From Fidelibacterota bacterium (GTDB lineage Bacteria > Fidelibacterota > Marinisomatia > Marinisomatales > TCS55): a DNA stretch of 64,000 nt. Under the pieces are notes generated by a model. It did not search any database. It was not told where the DNA came from and saw only the letters and a list, made by a program, of their open reading frames with translations. The stretch spans positions 29,801 to 93,800 of the forward strand of contig JBHHTW010000006.1 in the NCBI GenBank assembly GCA_046861385.1, in the 5' to 3' direction. Below, one piece after another: positions 51,483-61,706 of the stretch; position 1 is the stretch's first letter; each line of letters starts with the position of its first letter. The position numbers and the translations under genes were made by a program.

Positions 51483-51523
51483 TTCTCTTTTCATACTGTA
51501 AAGAAATCATCGCAAATTCTGTT

Positions 51524-51871
51524 ATGGAAAAAACTAATTTTAGATACTGTCCGGAGTGTAAAGCTGAGTATGAGACTCAAATCGAATTTTGTTCAGATTG
51601 CAATGTAACCCTCGTGGGTGAACTGCCTTTAGACATCCCTCTGGATCAGATTGAATGGGTGGAAGCGGGTCAGTTTTCCGGGAAAATGTATGGTGAAATG
51701 GCAGGAGAAATTCTTGCAAAAAATAATATCCCCTACTTTTTGAAATCCGATTTTTTCTCCTCAGCCTTCAATATTACACCGGCTAATCTTCCCGGCACTA
51801 TTGTAAAGTTATTTGTTCCTGAATACCAAAAAAAAATAGCGGAACAATTAATCATGAATATCGCTGACTAA
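51524..51871 (+). CDS. Zinc-ribbon + DUF2007-like protein
   Basis: CPEC...CSDC; EILAKNNIPYF...VKLFVP. Confidence 0.65.
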   Translation: MEKTNFRYCPECKAEYETQIEFCSDCNVTLVGELPLDIPLDQIEWVEAGQFSGKMYGEMAGEILAKNNIPYFLKSDFFSSAFNITPANLPGTIVKLFVPEYQKKIAEQLIMNIAD

Positions 51872-51874
51872 ACA

Positions 51875-53119
51875 ATGGGCTATCGCACAATCAAAGGCAC
51901 CCATGATATTCTACCAGTTGATACCGACATCTGGCAGTATTTGGAGAAAATCATTCATCGTGTTTGCAGTCAGTATGGATATAGAGAAATCCGCACACCT
52001 ATTTTTGAGGATACAGGATTATTCAACAGAAGCGTTGGAGAAGATACGGATATTGTTACAAAAGAAATGTACACATGGGAAGATCGATCGGGTGGACAGT
52101 TAACCCTTCGCCCTGAATTGACAGCACCGGTAGTTAGATCTTTTATTCAACATAATCTGGGCGCACTATCCTCTCTGCAAAAATTGTATTATTTAGGTCC
52201 TCTCTTCCGCCGGGAGCGTCCGCAAAAAGGCCGCCAACGCCAGTTTCATCAATTTGGCGTAGAAGCATTTGGATCTGAACATCCAGAACAGGACGTTGAA
52301 GTAATTGCATTAGCTCACCATATATTTGACCAATTAGAGATTGACAATATTACGTTAAAATTGAACAGTATCGGATCGGGTGATTGTCGAAAAAATTACC
52401 GAAATGCATTACAAGAATTCCTATTACCTTATCAAAATGATTTATCAGAAACAAGTCAGCAGAGATTGGAGTCAAATCCATTAAGAATTTTGGATACTAA
52501 AATTCCCCATGAAAAAGAATTGATACAAAATGCACCTTCTATTTTAAATTTCCTGACGGAAGCAGATATTGATCATTTCGAATCCGTTCAATCTTTATTG
52601 AGAGGGTTAAATATTACTTTTGAATTGGACGAAACATTGGTTCGGGGATTGGATTATTATACACGTACAACTTTTGAATTCGTATCAGGAAATCTTGGAG
52701 CACAGGACGCCATTTGTGGTGGTGGACGATATGATAATCTTGTAGAAACGTTAGGTGGAAAACCAACGCCTGCAATCGGTTTTGCTGCAGGTATGGAACG
52801 TATTCTATTATCCATGGTAACAAATGAGCAAATGGATAAGCAAGAGTCCATCTATTTGATAAATCTGGAGGATACTGCGGTAGTGAAAGCAATGCAGATG
52901 GCACAAGAACTCCGGAGTAATGGAATCACTGTTTATATGGACACAAAACACCGCAGTTTAAAATCGCAAATGAGAGATGCAAATCGTTTGGGGTCAAAAA
53001 AAGTTATTATTTTAGGAGAGGAAGAATTGAAAAACGATCGAGTAAAAGTAAAAGATTTATTAAATGGTGAACAATCTGAAGTTGAAATAAAAGGATTAGT
53101 AAAATATTTCACTATTTGA
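51875..53119 (+). CDS. hisS: Histidine-tRNA ligase
   Basis: LRPELTA, FRRERPQKGR, RGLDYY, GGGRYD. Confidence 0.98.
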   Translation: MGYRTIKGTHDILPVDTDIWQYLEKIIHRVCSQYGYREIRTPIFEDTGLFNRSVGEDTDIVTKEMYTWEDRSGGQLTLRPELTAPVVRSFIQHNLGALSSLQKLYYLGPLFRRERPQKGRQRQFHQFGVEAFGSEHPEQDVEVIALAHHIFDQLEIDNITLKLNSIGSGDCRKNYRNALQEFLLPYQNDLSETSQQRLESNPLRILDTKIPHEKELIQNAPSILNFLTEADIDHFESVQSLLRGLNITFELDETLVRGLDYYTRTTFEFVSGNLGAQDAICGGGRYDNLVETLGGKPTPAIGFAAGMERILLSMVTNEQMDKQESIYLINLEDTAVVKAMQMAQELRSNGITVYMDTKHRSLKSQMRDANRLGSKKVIILGEEELKNDRVKVKDLLNGEQSEVEIKGLVKYFTI

Positions 53120-53186
53120 CTTTTCTGAAATTTAATCTACATTAACATACGCGCATGATCAGTACTAAATTAATCCAAATGGAAGA

Positions 53187-55700
53187 GTGATGAGCAAACC
53201 ATTAATTATTGTTGAATCCCCGGCAAAAGCACGGACCATAGAAAAATATTTAAAAAATGAATATGACGTTATCGCCTGCGTAGGTCATGTGAAAGACCTG
53301 CCAAGAAAAAAACTGGGTGTAGATGTTGAAAAAGACTTTATGGCAGAGTTTGTTGTTATGGATGATAAAAAAGAGATCATTAAGACAATTAAACAGAAAT
53401 CGAAGTCTGCAGCAGAAGTCATTTTAGCCACTGACCCGGATCGTGAAGGAGAGGCCATTGCTTCTCATTTAGCTGAAGAAGTTATCAATAAACACGTTGT
53501 AAGGGTTCAATTCACCGAAATTACCAAAGAAGGCATTATTGATGGAATGGCGCATCGCAGGGAAGTGGATATTGATTTAGTAAATGCCCAGTATACTAGG
53601 AGAATCATCGATCGACTCGTGGGGTATAAACTATCACGGTTATTGTGGAATACTCTACAAAAAACAATGAGTTTTGTCAAAGAATCGCTTTCAGCCGGTC
53701 GCGTTCAATCTGCCACATTAAAGCTCATAGTTGATCGCGAACGATTACGAGTTACATTTAAAGCATCCACTTATTTCGATTTGAAGGCAAATTTGGAAAC
53801 AGATGCGTTGGAAGGATTTTCTGCTGAATTGATTACCGTTGACGGAAAGCGTTTGGCAACCGGCAAGGATTTTGATAAAAATACCGGTACATTATTAAAG
53901 GATAATGTCATGCTTTTGACAACATCCCAGGCGGATGCATTGGTCAAGGAGCTCCAAAGCGGTCCTTGGATTGTAAAAAGGGTTGAAGAAAAGCCGCAGA
54001 CATCCTACCCTTATGCTCCATTTATCACGAGCTCTCTTCAGCAAGAGGCGTCTCGAAAACTCCGGTTTTCCGCCCGCAAAACAATGAGGATGGCTCAACG
54101 ACTCTATGAAGCCGGTTTTATCACTTATATGCGCACAGACTCTACACAATTATCACAAGAAGCATTGAACGGAGCTCGCAATACTATTCAATCAAAATAC
54201 GGAATCGAATTTCTCCCCGATAAACCTAATATATATAAAAGTAAAGTTAAAAATGCACAAGAAGCGCACGAAGCGATCCGCCCTGCAGGTGTTCAATTTA
54301 CAGATGTAAATGCTGTTCTTTCAAAAGTGGGTAAAGACGAAGGTAAGCTCTACGAATTAATATGGAAGAGAACAGTGGCCAGTCAAATGAAACCGGCAAA
54401 ATTGAAACGAACGATTGTCGATATTGAAAACCAAAACACCATTTTTAGAGCCCGCGGCCGTGTTATCTTGTTTCCCGGTTACATGCAAGCGTATGTAGAA
54501 GGTACTGATGATCCGGACGGGAAATTGGCAGATAGAGAACGTTTTTTACCTGAATTGAAAACAGAACAAAGACTTGCTTGCAATACATTGACCCCGGTAG
54601 AACATTCTACAAAACCGCCCGCTCGTTTTTCCGAGGCATCCATCATTAAAAAAATGGAGCGTTTGGGCATTGGACGCCCCTCTACGTGGGCCAGCATTAT
54701 CAGTCGAATTCAGGAGAAAGATTATATCCGCAATCAAAAAGGGGTCCTTACGCCTACATTTCTGGCCGTCGCTGTTACACAATTATTAGAAAATCATTTT
54801 GCCTCTCTGGTAGATTCGCGGTTTACGGCTAAAATGGAAGATGAATTGGATTCGATATCCAGAGGGGAATTAGAACCGTTACCTTTTATGCACACATTCT
54901 ATTTTGGAAATGAGAATTCAAAAGGTTTTGAAAAAATGCTCGAAGACGAAGTGGATATTCGTAAAGCATGTTCTGTTACTATTTCAAATAATACCGATGA
55001 TGAAATTGTAATTAGAGTCGGAAATTACGGCCCATTTTTACAAAAAGGCGACGAGCGTCGATCAATTCCTAATATGCTTTCGCTAGGCGATATTTCAGTC
55101 GATAAAGCGGAGGAAATATTATCAAAAGACCCCTCTCAATCTGAAATACTTGGAGTTGATGAAGAATCAGGTGAATCCATATATTTGAAAGAAGGCCCTT
55201 ATGGTTCTTATGTTCAATTAGGAGATTCGAAAAAAAGAAAATCCATCCCCCGTGGTACTGATAAGGAGCAAGTTGATTTAGAGCTGGCTTTGAGATTGCT
55301 TTCTTTACCCAGGCTGCTTGGAAATCATCCGGAGACAAATGAAGAAATACGGGTCGATTTTGGACGCTACGGCCCTTACTTTAAGGTGGGAGAAAAAAAT
55401 GTTAAACTCCCACACCCGCATAATCCTCTTGATGTTACTCTGGAAACGGCTATTGATATATTTAATCAACGAAATAAACCAAGTTCGGATCTAAAAAAAC
55501 TGGGTAATCATCCCGAGTCCGGTGAACTGCTCGTATTAAAAGAAGGAAGGTATGGGCCTTACATTTCCGATGGTAAATTCAATGCAGCGCTACCAAGGGA
55601 CGTTCTTCCTGAAAAGGTTGATTTAGAAATGGCAATTACCTTAATTAATAATCGCCGTGCAAAAGGTCCGGCAAAAAGACGTAGACGGAAAAAGAAATGA
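53187..55700 (+). CDS. topA: DNA topoisomerase I (type IA, C-terminal repeats and basic tail)
   Basis: VESPAKA, ATDPDREGE, SAGRVQ, ITYMRTDS, repeated GxYGPY. Confidence 0.97.
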   Translation: MMSKPLIIVESPAKARTIEKYLKNEYDVIACVGHVKDLPRKKLGVDVEKDFMAEFVVMDDKKEIIKTIKQKSKSAAEVILATDPDREGEAIASHLAEEVINKHVVRVQFTEITKEGIIDGMAHRREVDIDLVNAQYTRRIIDRLVGYKLSRLLWNTLQKTMSFVKESLSAGRVQSATLKLIVDRERLRVTFKASTYFDLKANLETDALEGFSAELITVDGKRLATGKDFDKNTGTLLKDNVMLLTTSQADALVKELQSGPWIVKRVEEKPQTSYPYAPFITSSLQQEASRKLRFSARKTMRMAQRLYEAGFITYMRTDSTQLSQEALNGARNTIQSKYGIEFLPDKPNIYKSKVKNAQEAHEAIRPAGVQFTDVNAVLSKVGKDEGKLYELIWKRTVASQMKPAKLKRTIVDIENQNTIFRARGRVILFPGYMQAYVEGTDDPDGKLADRERFLPELKTEQRLACNTLTPVEHSTKPPARFSEASIIKKMERLGIGRPSTWASIISRIQEKDYIRNQKGVLTPTFLAVAVTQLLENHFASLVDSRFTAKMEDELDSISRGELEPLPFMHTFYFGNENSKGFEKMLEDEVDIRKACSVTISNNTDDEIVIRVGNYGPFLQKGDERRSIPNMLSLGDISVDKAEEILSKDPSQSEILGVDEESGESIYLKEGPYGSYVQLGDSKKRKSIPRGTDKEQVDLELALRLLSLPRLLGNHPETNEEIRVDFGRYGPYFKVGEKNVKLPHPHNPLDVTLETAIDIFNQRNKPSSDLKKLGNHPESGELLVLKEGRYGPYISDGKFNAALPRDVLPEKVDLEMAITLINNRRAKGPAKRRRRKKK

Positions 55701-56122
55701 AAAAAATTATTCTAATTATATTTTGTTCTCTTCTATTTGGGAACCAGCAAGAGCGGATCATAGAGCTCGAAAAAAGTTTGATGGCTCCCTGCTGTTGGAG
55801 CGGCACGGTTTATGACCATGGACATAGCGAGTTGGAAGAGGGGATTCAGGCAATGGTAGAAGCTGGACGTACTGATGAACAAATTATCAATCACTATGTT
55901 CGAATTTATGGTGAAAGGATATTGGCTTTACCCGTTGCACAGGGATTTAATATATTTGCATGGTTAGCTCCTATCATCATCGCGGTTATTGGACTTACCT
56001 TTTTTACACTTTTTATTAAATCATCAAGGTCAACAACACCATCCATAAACGATGTTGTCGCAACGGATAAATCAATTCCCTATGATGAACAAATTGAGAG
56101 TGAATTGAAAGAACTAGATTGA
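55697..56122 (+). CDS. CcmH/NrfF-like cytochrome c biogenesis protein
   Basis: Signal peptide, LMAPCC, IINHYVRIYGERIL..P, TM, IESELK. Confidence 0.8.
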   Translation: MKKIILIIFCSLLFGNQQERIIELEKSLMAPCCWSGTVYDHGHSELEEGIQAMVEAGRTDEQIINHYVRIYGERILALPVAQGFNIFAWLAPIIIAVIGLTFFTLFIKSSRSTTPSINDVVATDKSIPYDEQIESELKELD

Positions 56123-57468
56123 TGGCAGACAAAGCTCATTCGTTGGATAAAATAGTTTCTCTTTGTAAACGCCGAGGTTTCATTTTTCAAAGTTCGGAAA
56201 TCTATGGAGGATTTGGCGCTGTATACGATTATGGTCCCCTTGGAATTGAATTAAAAAATAATATTTCTCAATTGTGGTGGCGAAATATGACTCAACTCCA
56301 TGAGAATATAGTCGGATTGGATAGTGGCATTCTGATGCATCCTAAAATCTGGGAAGCATCCGGTCATATCAAAGAATTTCACGATCCATTAGTGGATTGC
56401 AAGCAATGCAAATCTCGCTTCCGTGCCGACGAATTAGTCGAATCTGATTTTGAATCAGCTGACTGGTCTGCCATTCAATGCCCCAAATGCGGAACCACGG
56501 GGAATCTTACTGATCCGCGCCAATTCAACCTTATGTTTAAAACGCATATGGGTCCGGTGGAAAACGAAGGGGATATTGCTTATCTCCGACCTGAAACAGC
56601 CCAAGGTATTTATGTGAATTATCTCCTGGTCCAGGGCGCTATGCGGAAGAAAGTCCCTTTTGGAATCGCCCAAATCGGGAAAGCCTTCCGGAATGAAATA
56701 GTTGCCAGGAACTTCATATTTCGAACCCGGGAATTTGAACAAATGGAGATGCAGTATTTTGTAAAACCTGGAAGCGATGATGATGAAATGAAAACGTGGA
56801 AAGAAGAGCGCTTTAATTTTTATTTAGATAGTTTGGGATTAAATAAGGAAAAGCTTCGTTTTCATCAACATGGGGATGGTGAATTGGCTCATTATGCCAA
56901 AGAAGCCTGGGACGTTGAATATGAATTCCCCTTTGGTTGGTCGGAAATTGAAGGAATCCATAATCGAACGGATTTTGATTTAAGACGACACCAGGAATTT
57001 TCCGGGAAAAATATGCAGTATTCCGATCAAATATCGAACGAAAAATACTTCCCCTACATTATAGAAACATCTGCAGGGCTTAATCGTATGCTGCTGGCTG
57101 TTCTGGTTGATGCTTATTGGGAAGATACGGAAAATAACCGTACAGTGATGAAACTTCACCCAAAACTAGCGCCGGTTAAAGCTGTCGTTTGCCCATTGAC
57201 CAAAAAAGACGGTCTGCCTGAATTAGCACGAAAAGTAGTGGATGAATTGAAAAAACACCATAATGTTATTTACGATCAGCAAGGATCGATTGGTAAACGC
57301 TACTACCGGCAGGATGAGGCCGGAACGCCCTTTGGAATTACCGTGGACCACCAGTCTCTTGAAGATAACACCGTTACTCTTCGTCATAGAGACACTCAAA
57401 AACAAGATAGAGTATCTGTTGAGAGACTTGTAGAGAAAATCGAAAACGCCGTTTTATACTATTCATAA
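56122..57468 (+). CDS. glyS: Glycine-tRNA ligase (homodimeric type)
   Basis: KRRGF, YDYGP, LRPETAQG, FRTREFEQME, GSIGKRY. Confidence 0.97.
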   Translation: MADKAHSLDKIVSLCKRRGFIFQSSEIYGGFGAVYDYGPLGIELKNNISQLWWRNMTQLHENIVGLDSGILMHPKIWEASGHIKEFHDPLVDCKQCKSRFRADELVESDFESADWSAIQCPKCGTTGNLTDPRQFNLMFKTHMGPVENEGDIAYLRPETAQGIYVNYLLVQGAMRKKVPFGIAQIGKAFRNEIVARNFIFRTREFEQMEMQYFVKPGSDDDEMKTWKEERFNFYLDSLGLNKEKLRFHQHGDGELAHYAKEAWDVEYEFPFGWSEIEGIHNRTDFDLRRHQEFSGKNMQYSDQISNEKYFPYIIETSAGLNRMLLAVLVDAYWEDTENNRTVMKLHPKLAPVKAVVCPLTKKDGLPELARKVVDELKKHHNVIYDQQGSIGKRYYRQDEAGTPFGITVDHQSLEDNTVTLRHRDTQKQDRVSVERLVEKIENAVLYYS

Positions 57469-57498
57469 AACCAGATTATTTAAGTTAATTGTTTTTTA

Positions 57499-57773
57499 AA
57501 AAAAACTTTGGCATGTTTAACCATTTAGCCATAGTTTTGCTAATCCTTTTTTACAATGAAGGGAAAAATGTATGTTTTTTACACATACCTGTTAACTAAC
57601 CAAGGAGAAAATATGAAGAAACTTATGAGTTTAATCGCTGTCTTTGGGATGCTTTCAGGCCTCATGGCACAGAGTGGATCTATCTCTGGTACTGTAACTG
57701 ACCAGGATGGGAATGCCCTCCCCGGTGCCAATGTTGCCGTTGATGGAACATCCTTAGGCGCAGCGGCTGATGG
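57499..57773 (+). repeat. 275-bp direct repeat, copy 1 (promoter, leader and 5' coding end of TBDR)
   Basis: Aligns to 61432-61706 with 4 mismatches. Confidence 0.95.
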
Positions 57774-60315
57774 TCGTGGAGCATATTCGATTTCCGGCGT
57801 AGCCGCCGGAACGTATACCTTGTCCGTTTCATACATCGGTTATGAATCCGCCAGTCAAAGTGTGACTGTCAGTGCAGAAGCATCAACCCAAGCGAACTTT
57901 TCACTCGCTACGAGTGCATTAGCGGGCGCCGATGTTTTTGTTACAGGAACACGGGCAGCAGGACGGACAGCTATGAAATCCCCCACTCCCATCGACGGTT
58001 TCGATGATATGACATTGAGACGTCAAGGTAATGGTGATTTCACAGAAACACTGAAGAACATAGTGCCTTCATTTAATGCAACACCATTGACAGGTGATGG
58101 CGCAGCATTTGTACGACCTACTTCCATGCGTGGCCTTCCGCCGGATAATATTTTGGTAATGACGAATTCCAAACGCCGCCATCGTTCTGCATTGATCTCA
58201 CACTTTGGCGCTGCTATGAATGTTGGCGCTCAAGCTGTTGATGTGGGTATGATACCAAGCATCGCCATAAAAAAACTTGAAGTCTTGCGTGATGGAGCTG
58301 CGGCACAATACGGTTCTGATGCCATTGCCGGTGTGATGAATTTCATTCTAAAAGATAATTCTTCAGGTTATGAAGTTCAATTGACCGGTGGCCGCTGGAT
58401 GGAAGCTCCCAATGGGCGCGGTGGTGAAACTGATGTAACAATTGCAGCTAATATTGGATTACCTCTTACAGATGATGGTTTTGTCAATCTCAGTTTTGAA
58501 TATTCTGATAGACCTGAATTATCTCGCGGTTTCCAGCATGCATCTGCTTCTGATGGATACAAAGGTTGGGACGCTGAAGGTTTTACAAAGGATGATGAAT
58601 GGGGTTATGTTGGAGAGGGAACTGATAACACAGATGAATGGCAAACTGCCATGAACTGGGGTCGCCCGGAAAGCAATGGTTTTCGATCCGTTTGGAATGC
58701 AGGTTTAAAAATAAGCGACAATGTCGAAGCCTATTCCTTCGGAAATTACGCCGACACATTTGGAGAATATAGCTTCTTCCTACGTGCAGCAGGAAAATCA
58801 GGTGCCTTGACAGCTATCCCTCTTGACCCAACAGATCCTTCAAAAGGAGACTTTTCCTGGGGTGATACTTATCCATTGGGATTTACACCTCGTCTTGAAG
58901 GTCATGGAAATGATTTGAGCTCAGTCGTTGGTATTAAAGGTGATGATCTTTTTGGATTGGGCTACGACTTTAGTGCCAGTTATGGGAAAAATCATATTCG
59001 GTATTATCTGAAAAATACGTTGAACCTCTCTTGGGGGCCTTATTCACCTCATAATTTTGATATTGGAGACTTAGAGCAAGCAGAAACAAACCTGAATGCT
59101 GACTTTACTTACGCCTTATCAGAAGCTATTAATTTGGCTTTTGGTACAGAATGGCGTAAAGAATCTTACACAATGTTTCAAGGCCAAAAAGAATCTTGGA
59201 TGGCAGGTCCTTGGGCAACTGTACATACCTTAACATATGACTCTGCAGGTACAGGGAATATGGTCAATTATGGCTATACTGCCCCAGGTTCAGCCGCCAA
59301 TGGTATGCCGGGAACAAGCCCGGATGCTGCTGGTGTTTTCGATCGAACAAACACAGCATTTTATGCTGATGTTGAATATGCCATGGGCGATGCCTTGCTT
59401 CTGCAATTTGCAGCCCGTTCTGAAAACTTTTCAGACTTTGGTTCAACCAGTAATATTAAAGTTGCCGGTCGTTACTCAATAAGTGATTTGCTAACATTGC
59501 GTGGTGGTTATTCCACTGGCTTTAGAGCGCCAACACCTGGCCAATCGAACTATACGGGTATTGTTACCTCATTTGATGGAGTCACAGGTCTGCAAGTTCA
59601 AGAAGGTACAGTAAAACCGACTGATGCTCTTGCAGCTCAATACGGCGGTAAAGAACTTGGACCAGAAAATTCAGTCAATACTAGTTTTGGTTTTACATCA
59701 AACCCGATAGACAACCTGAGTTTGACTTTTGATATGTATCAAATTGATATTGAAGGTAAAATCTTAAAATCCCGTTCTATCTCTGTTGATGATCCAAATT
59801 TTTCAGAGTTAGCGTTTTACACCAATGCGTTGGATACAAAAACATCCGGCTATGATCTTGTTGCAGTTTATAGAATGGGTAATACCAATCTTAGTCTTGC
59901 AATGAACCATAATGAAACAGAAGTGGTTAAACAAAATCAGGTCAATGGTCAAAATCCAGTGTCTGATGGTAATGTTCAGAATCTTGAAGAAAATCTACCG
60001 AAAGATCGTATCACAGCTACTGTGACTCAAGACTTCGGAGAGGCTTTGTCTCTTATGGTTCGTCTAAATAATTATGGTGAATCTGTTGATGAACGCAGTC
60101 AGAAAGATGTCATTGACCCCATTACGTTTATCGATGTTGAATTGAGCTATGCTGTAAGCAACAATCTCAATGTGGTCTTTGGTGCAAATAATGTCACCAA
60201 TGCATATCCCAATAAAATATCCACACGTGCATCTCAAGGAATGCCTTATCCACGACGTTCGCCTCTTGGCTACCATGGTGGTTTTAGTTATCTGAAATTA
60301 TTGTATAACTTCTAA
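57613..60315 (+). CDS. TonB-dependent receptor with N-terminal CarboxypepD-like domain
   Basis: SD AAGGAG; GTVTD..GANV, EVLRDGAAAQYGSDAIAGV, C-terminal YNF. Confidence 0.95.
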   Translation: MKKLMSLIAVFGMLSGLMAQSGSISGTVTDQDGNALPGANVAVDGTSLGAAADGRGAYSISGVAAGTYTLSVSYIGYESASQSVTVSAEASTQANFSLATSALAGADVFVTGTRAAGRTAMKSPTPIDGFDDMTLRRQGNGDFTETLKNIVPSFNATPLTGDGAAFVRPTSMRGLPPDNILVMTNSKRRHRSALISHFGAAMNVGAQAVDVGMIPSIAIKKLEVLRDGAAAQYGSDAIAGVMNFILKDNSSGYEVQLTGGRWMEAPNGRGGETDVTIAANIGLPLTDDGFVNLSFEYSDRPELSRGFQHASASDGYKGWDAEGFTKDDEWGYVGEGTDNTDEWQTAMNWGRPESNGFRSVWNAGLKISDNVEAYSFGNYADTFGEYSFFLRAAGKSGALTAIPLDPTDPSKGDFSWGDTYPLGFTPRLEGHGNDLSSVVGIKGDDLFGLGYDFSASYGKNHIRYYLKNTLNLSWGPYSPHNFDIGDLEQAETNLNADFTYALSEAINLAFGTEWRKESYTMFQGQKESWMAGPWATVHTLTYDSAGTGNMVNYGYTAPGSAANGMPGTSPDAAGVFDRTNTAFYADVEYAMGDALLLQFAARSENFSDFGSTSNIKVAGRYSISDLLTLRGGYSTGFRAPTPGQSNYTGIVTSFDGVTGLQVQEGTVKPTDALAAQYGGKELGPENSVNTSFGFTSNPIDNLSLTFDMYQIDIEGKILKSRSISVDDPNFSELAFYTNALDTKTSGYDLVAVYRMGNTNLSLAMNHNETEVVKQNQVNGQNPVSDGNVQNLEENLPKDRITATVTQDFGEALSLMVRLNNYGESVDERSQKDVIDPITFIDVELSYAVSNNLNVVFGANNVTNAYPNKISTRASQGMPYPRRSPLGYHGGFSYLKLLYNF

Positions 60316-60339
60316 TTGGTTGCTTAAGGGCAATTACAG

Positions 60340-60371
60340 AAAAAGGCGGTGAGTTTTTCACCGCCTTTTTT
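60340..60371 (+). terminator. Intrinsic terminator (bidirectional)
   Basis: AAAAAGGCGGTGA-GTTTT-TCACCGCCTTTTTT. Confidence 0.9.
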
Positions 60372-60413
60372 ATTCCTTCACCGTTCAAAGTTACCTTAAT
60401 TTCACCATGGGTT

Positions 60414-61175
60414 ATGATTACGGATGATAAAATAATGATTGGAGTCGTTGGCGGAATAGGGCCATACGCCGGGATTGATCTTGTCCGAAAAATATTCAAC
60501 CAGACAAAAGCAACACGGGATCAAGACCATTTACCCGTATCTATGCTATCTGTTCCTCACACAATTTCAGATCGAACAACATATTTATCCGGTCAGACAT
60601 ATGATAATCCAGCTTTAGCAATTTCGGATGTGATTTCTACTTTAAATAAACAGGGGGCAACGGTTATCGGCATGCCCTGCAATACGGCCCATGCTGAACC
60701 AATATTCAATGAAATTGTAATTAGAATACCCAATGAAGTAAAACTGATCCACATGGTAAATGAAGTTGCATTATTTATCAATGAGATGTTTCCATCTGTC
60801 GTCAAAGTGGGTATCTTATCCACAACAGGAACACGTTATTCAAATGTGTATCCCAACTCATTGTCCCGCCATGGATTGGTTGGAATACAAGTTTCGAAAG
60901 AAATCCAGACAGACCATATTCATCCCGCTATTTATAATACAAATTATGGGATAAAAGCACACTCAAACCCTGTGAATGCTCAGGCAAAGAAGGGTTTATA
61001 TACCGGTATAGAATATTTGGTTGGCCAGGGAGCCGAAGTTGTCATATTAGGATGCACTGAGATTCCCCTTGCTCTAACAGACAATAAAATCAAAGGAATA
61101 CCGCTTATTGATGCAACTAATGTTCTCGCACAAGCATTAATTTTGGCATCTTCGCCTGAGAAATTGTTAGAATAA
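60414..61175 (+). CDS. Aspartate/glutamate racemase family protein
   Basis: IGVVGGIGP, MPCNTAH, LGCTEIP. Confidence 0.92.
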   Translation: MITDDKIMIGVVGGIGPYAGIDLVRKIFNQTKATRDQDHLPVSMLSVPHTISDRTTYLSGQTYDNPALAISDVISTLNKQGATVIGMPCNTAHAEPIFNEIVIRIPNEVKLIHMVNEVALFINEMFPSVVKVGILSTTGTRYSNVYPNSLSRHGLVGIQVSKEIQTDHIHPAIYNTNYGIKAHSNPVNAQAKKGLYTGIEYLVGQGAEVVILGCTEIPLALTDNKIKGIPLIDATNVLAQALILASSPEKLLE

Positions 61176-61176
61176 T

Positions 61177-61461
61177 ATGTCCAAACGAACCCATTCTACT
61201 TTTATTCACCTTGAGTGTACAAGCTGTAATAAAATATTTCCTAAAGAACAATTATTGAATCTTTGTCCATCCTGCAGTTTACCCCTCTTTGCAAGATATG
61301 ATATGGAGAGAGCCCGTGTAGAAAAGATTGATGGTATTATCAGTGATTGTGGTGCAGTTGTTAATCAGCGCAAAGAACAAGAAGGTTGGTTTGATGTTTC
61401 CACATTAAAAGAACCGTATCGCGTTGAGGGTAAAAAAACTTTGACATGTTTAACCATTTAG
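61177..61461 (+). pseudogene. Threonine synthase-like remnant (internal deletion and 3' truncation)
   Basis: N-terminal CTSC..CPSC..RYD joined directly to IDGIISDCG...WFDVSTLKEPYRVEGKKT; no PLP-lysine region. Confidence 0.8.
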
Positions 61462-61706
61462 CCATAGTTTCACTAATCCTTTTTTACAATGAAGGGAAAA
61501 ATGTATGTTTTTTACACATACTTGTTAACTAACCAAGGAGAAAATATGAAGAAACTTATGAGTTTAATCGCTGTCTTTGGGATGCTTTCAGGCCTCATGG
61601 CACAGAGTGGATCTATCTCTGGTACTGTAACTGACCAGGATGGGAATGCCCTCCCCGGTGCCAATGTTGCCGTTGATGGAACATCCTTAGGCGCAGCGGC
61701 TGATGG
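61432..61706 (+). repeat. 275-bp direct repeat, copy 2
   Basis: Aligns to 57499-57773; carries -35 TTGACA at 61441. Confidence 0.95.

Noticed and set aside
57556-57612. Upstream start of TBDR1
   Set aside because: SD AAGGAG and a clean signal peptide support ATG 57613.
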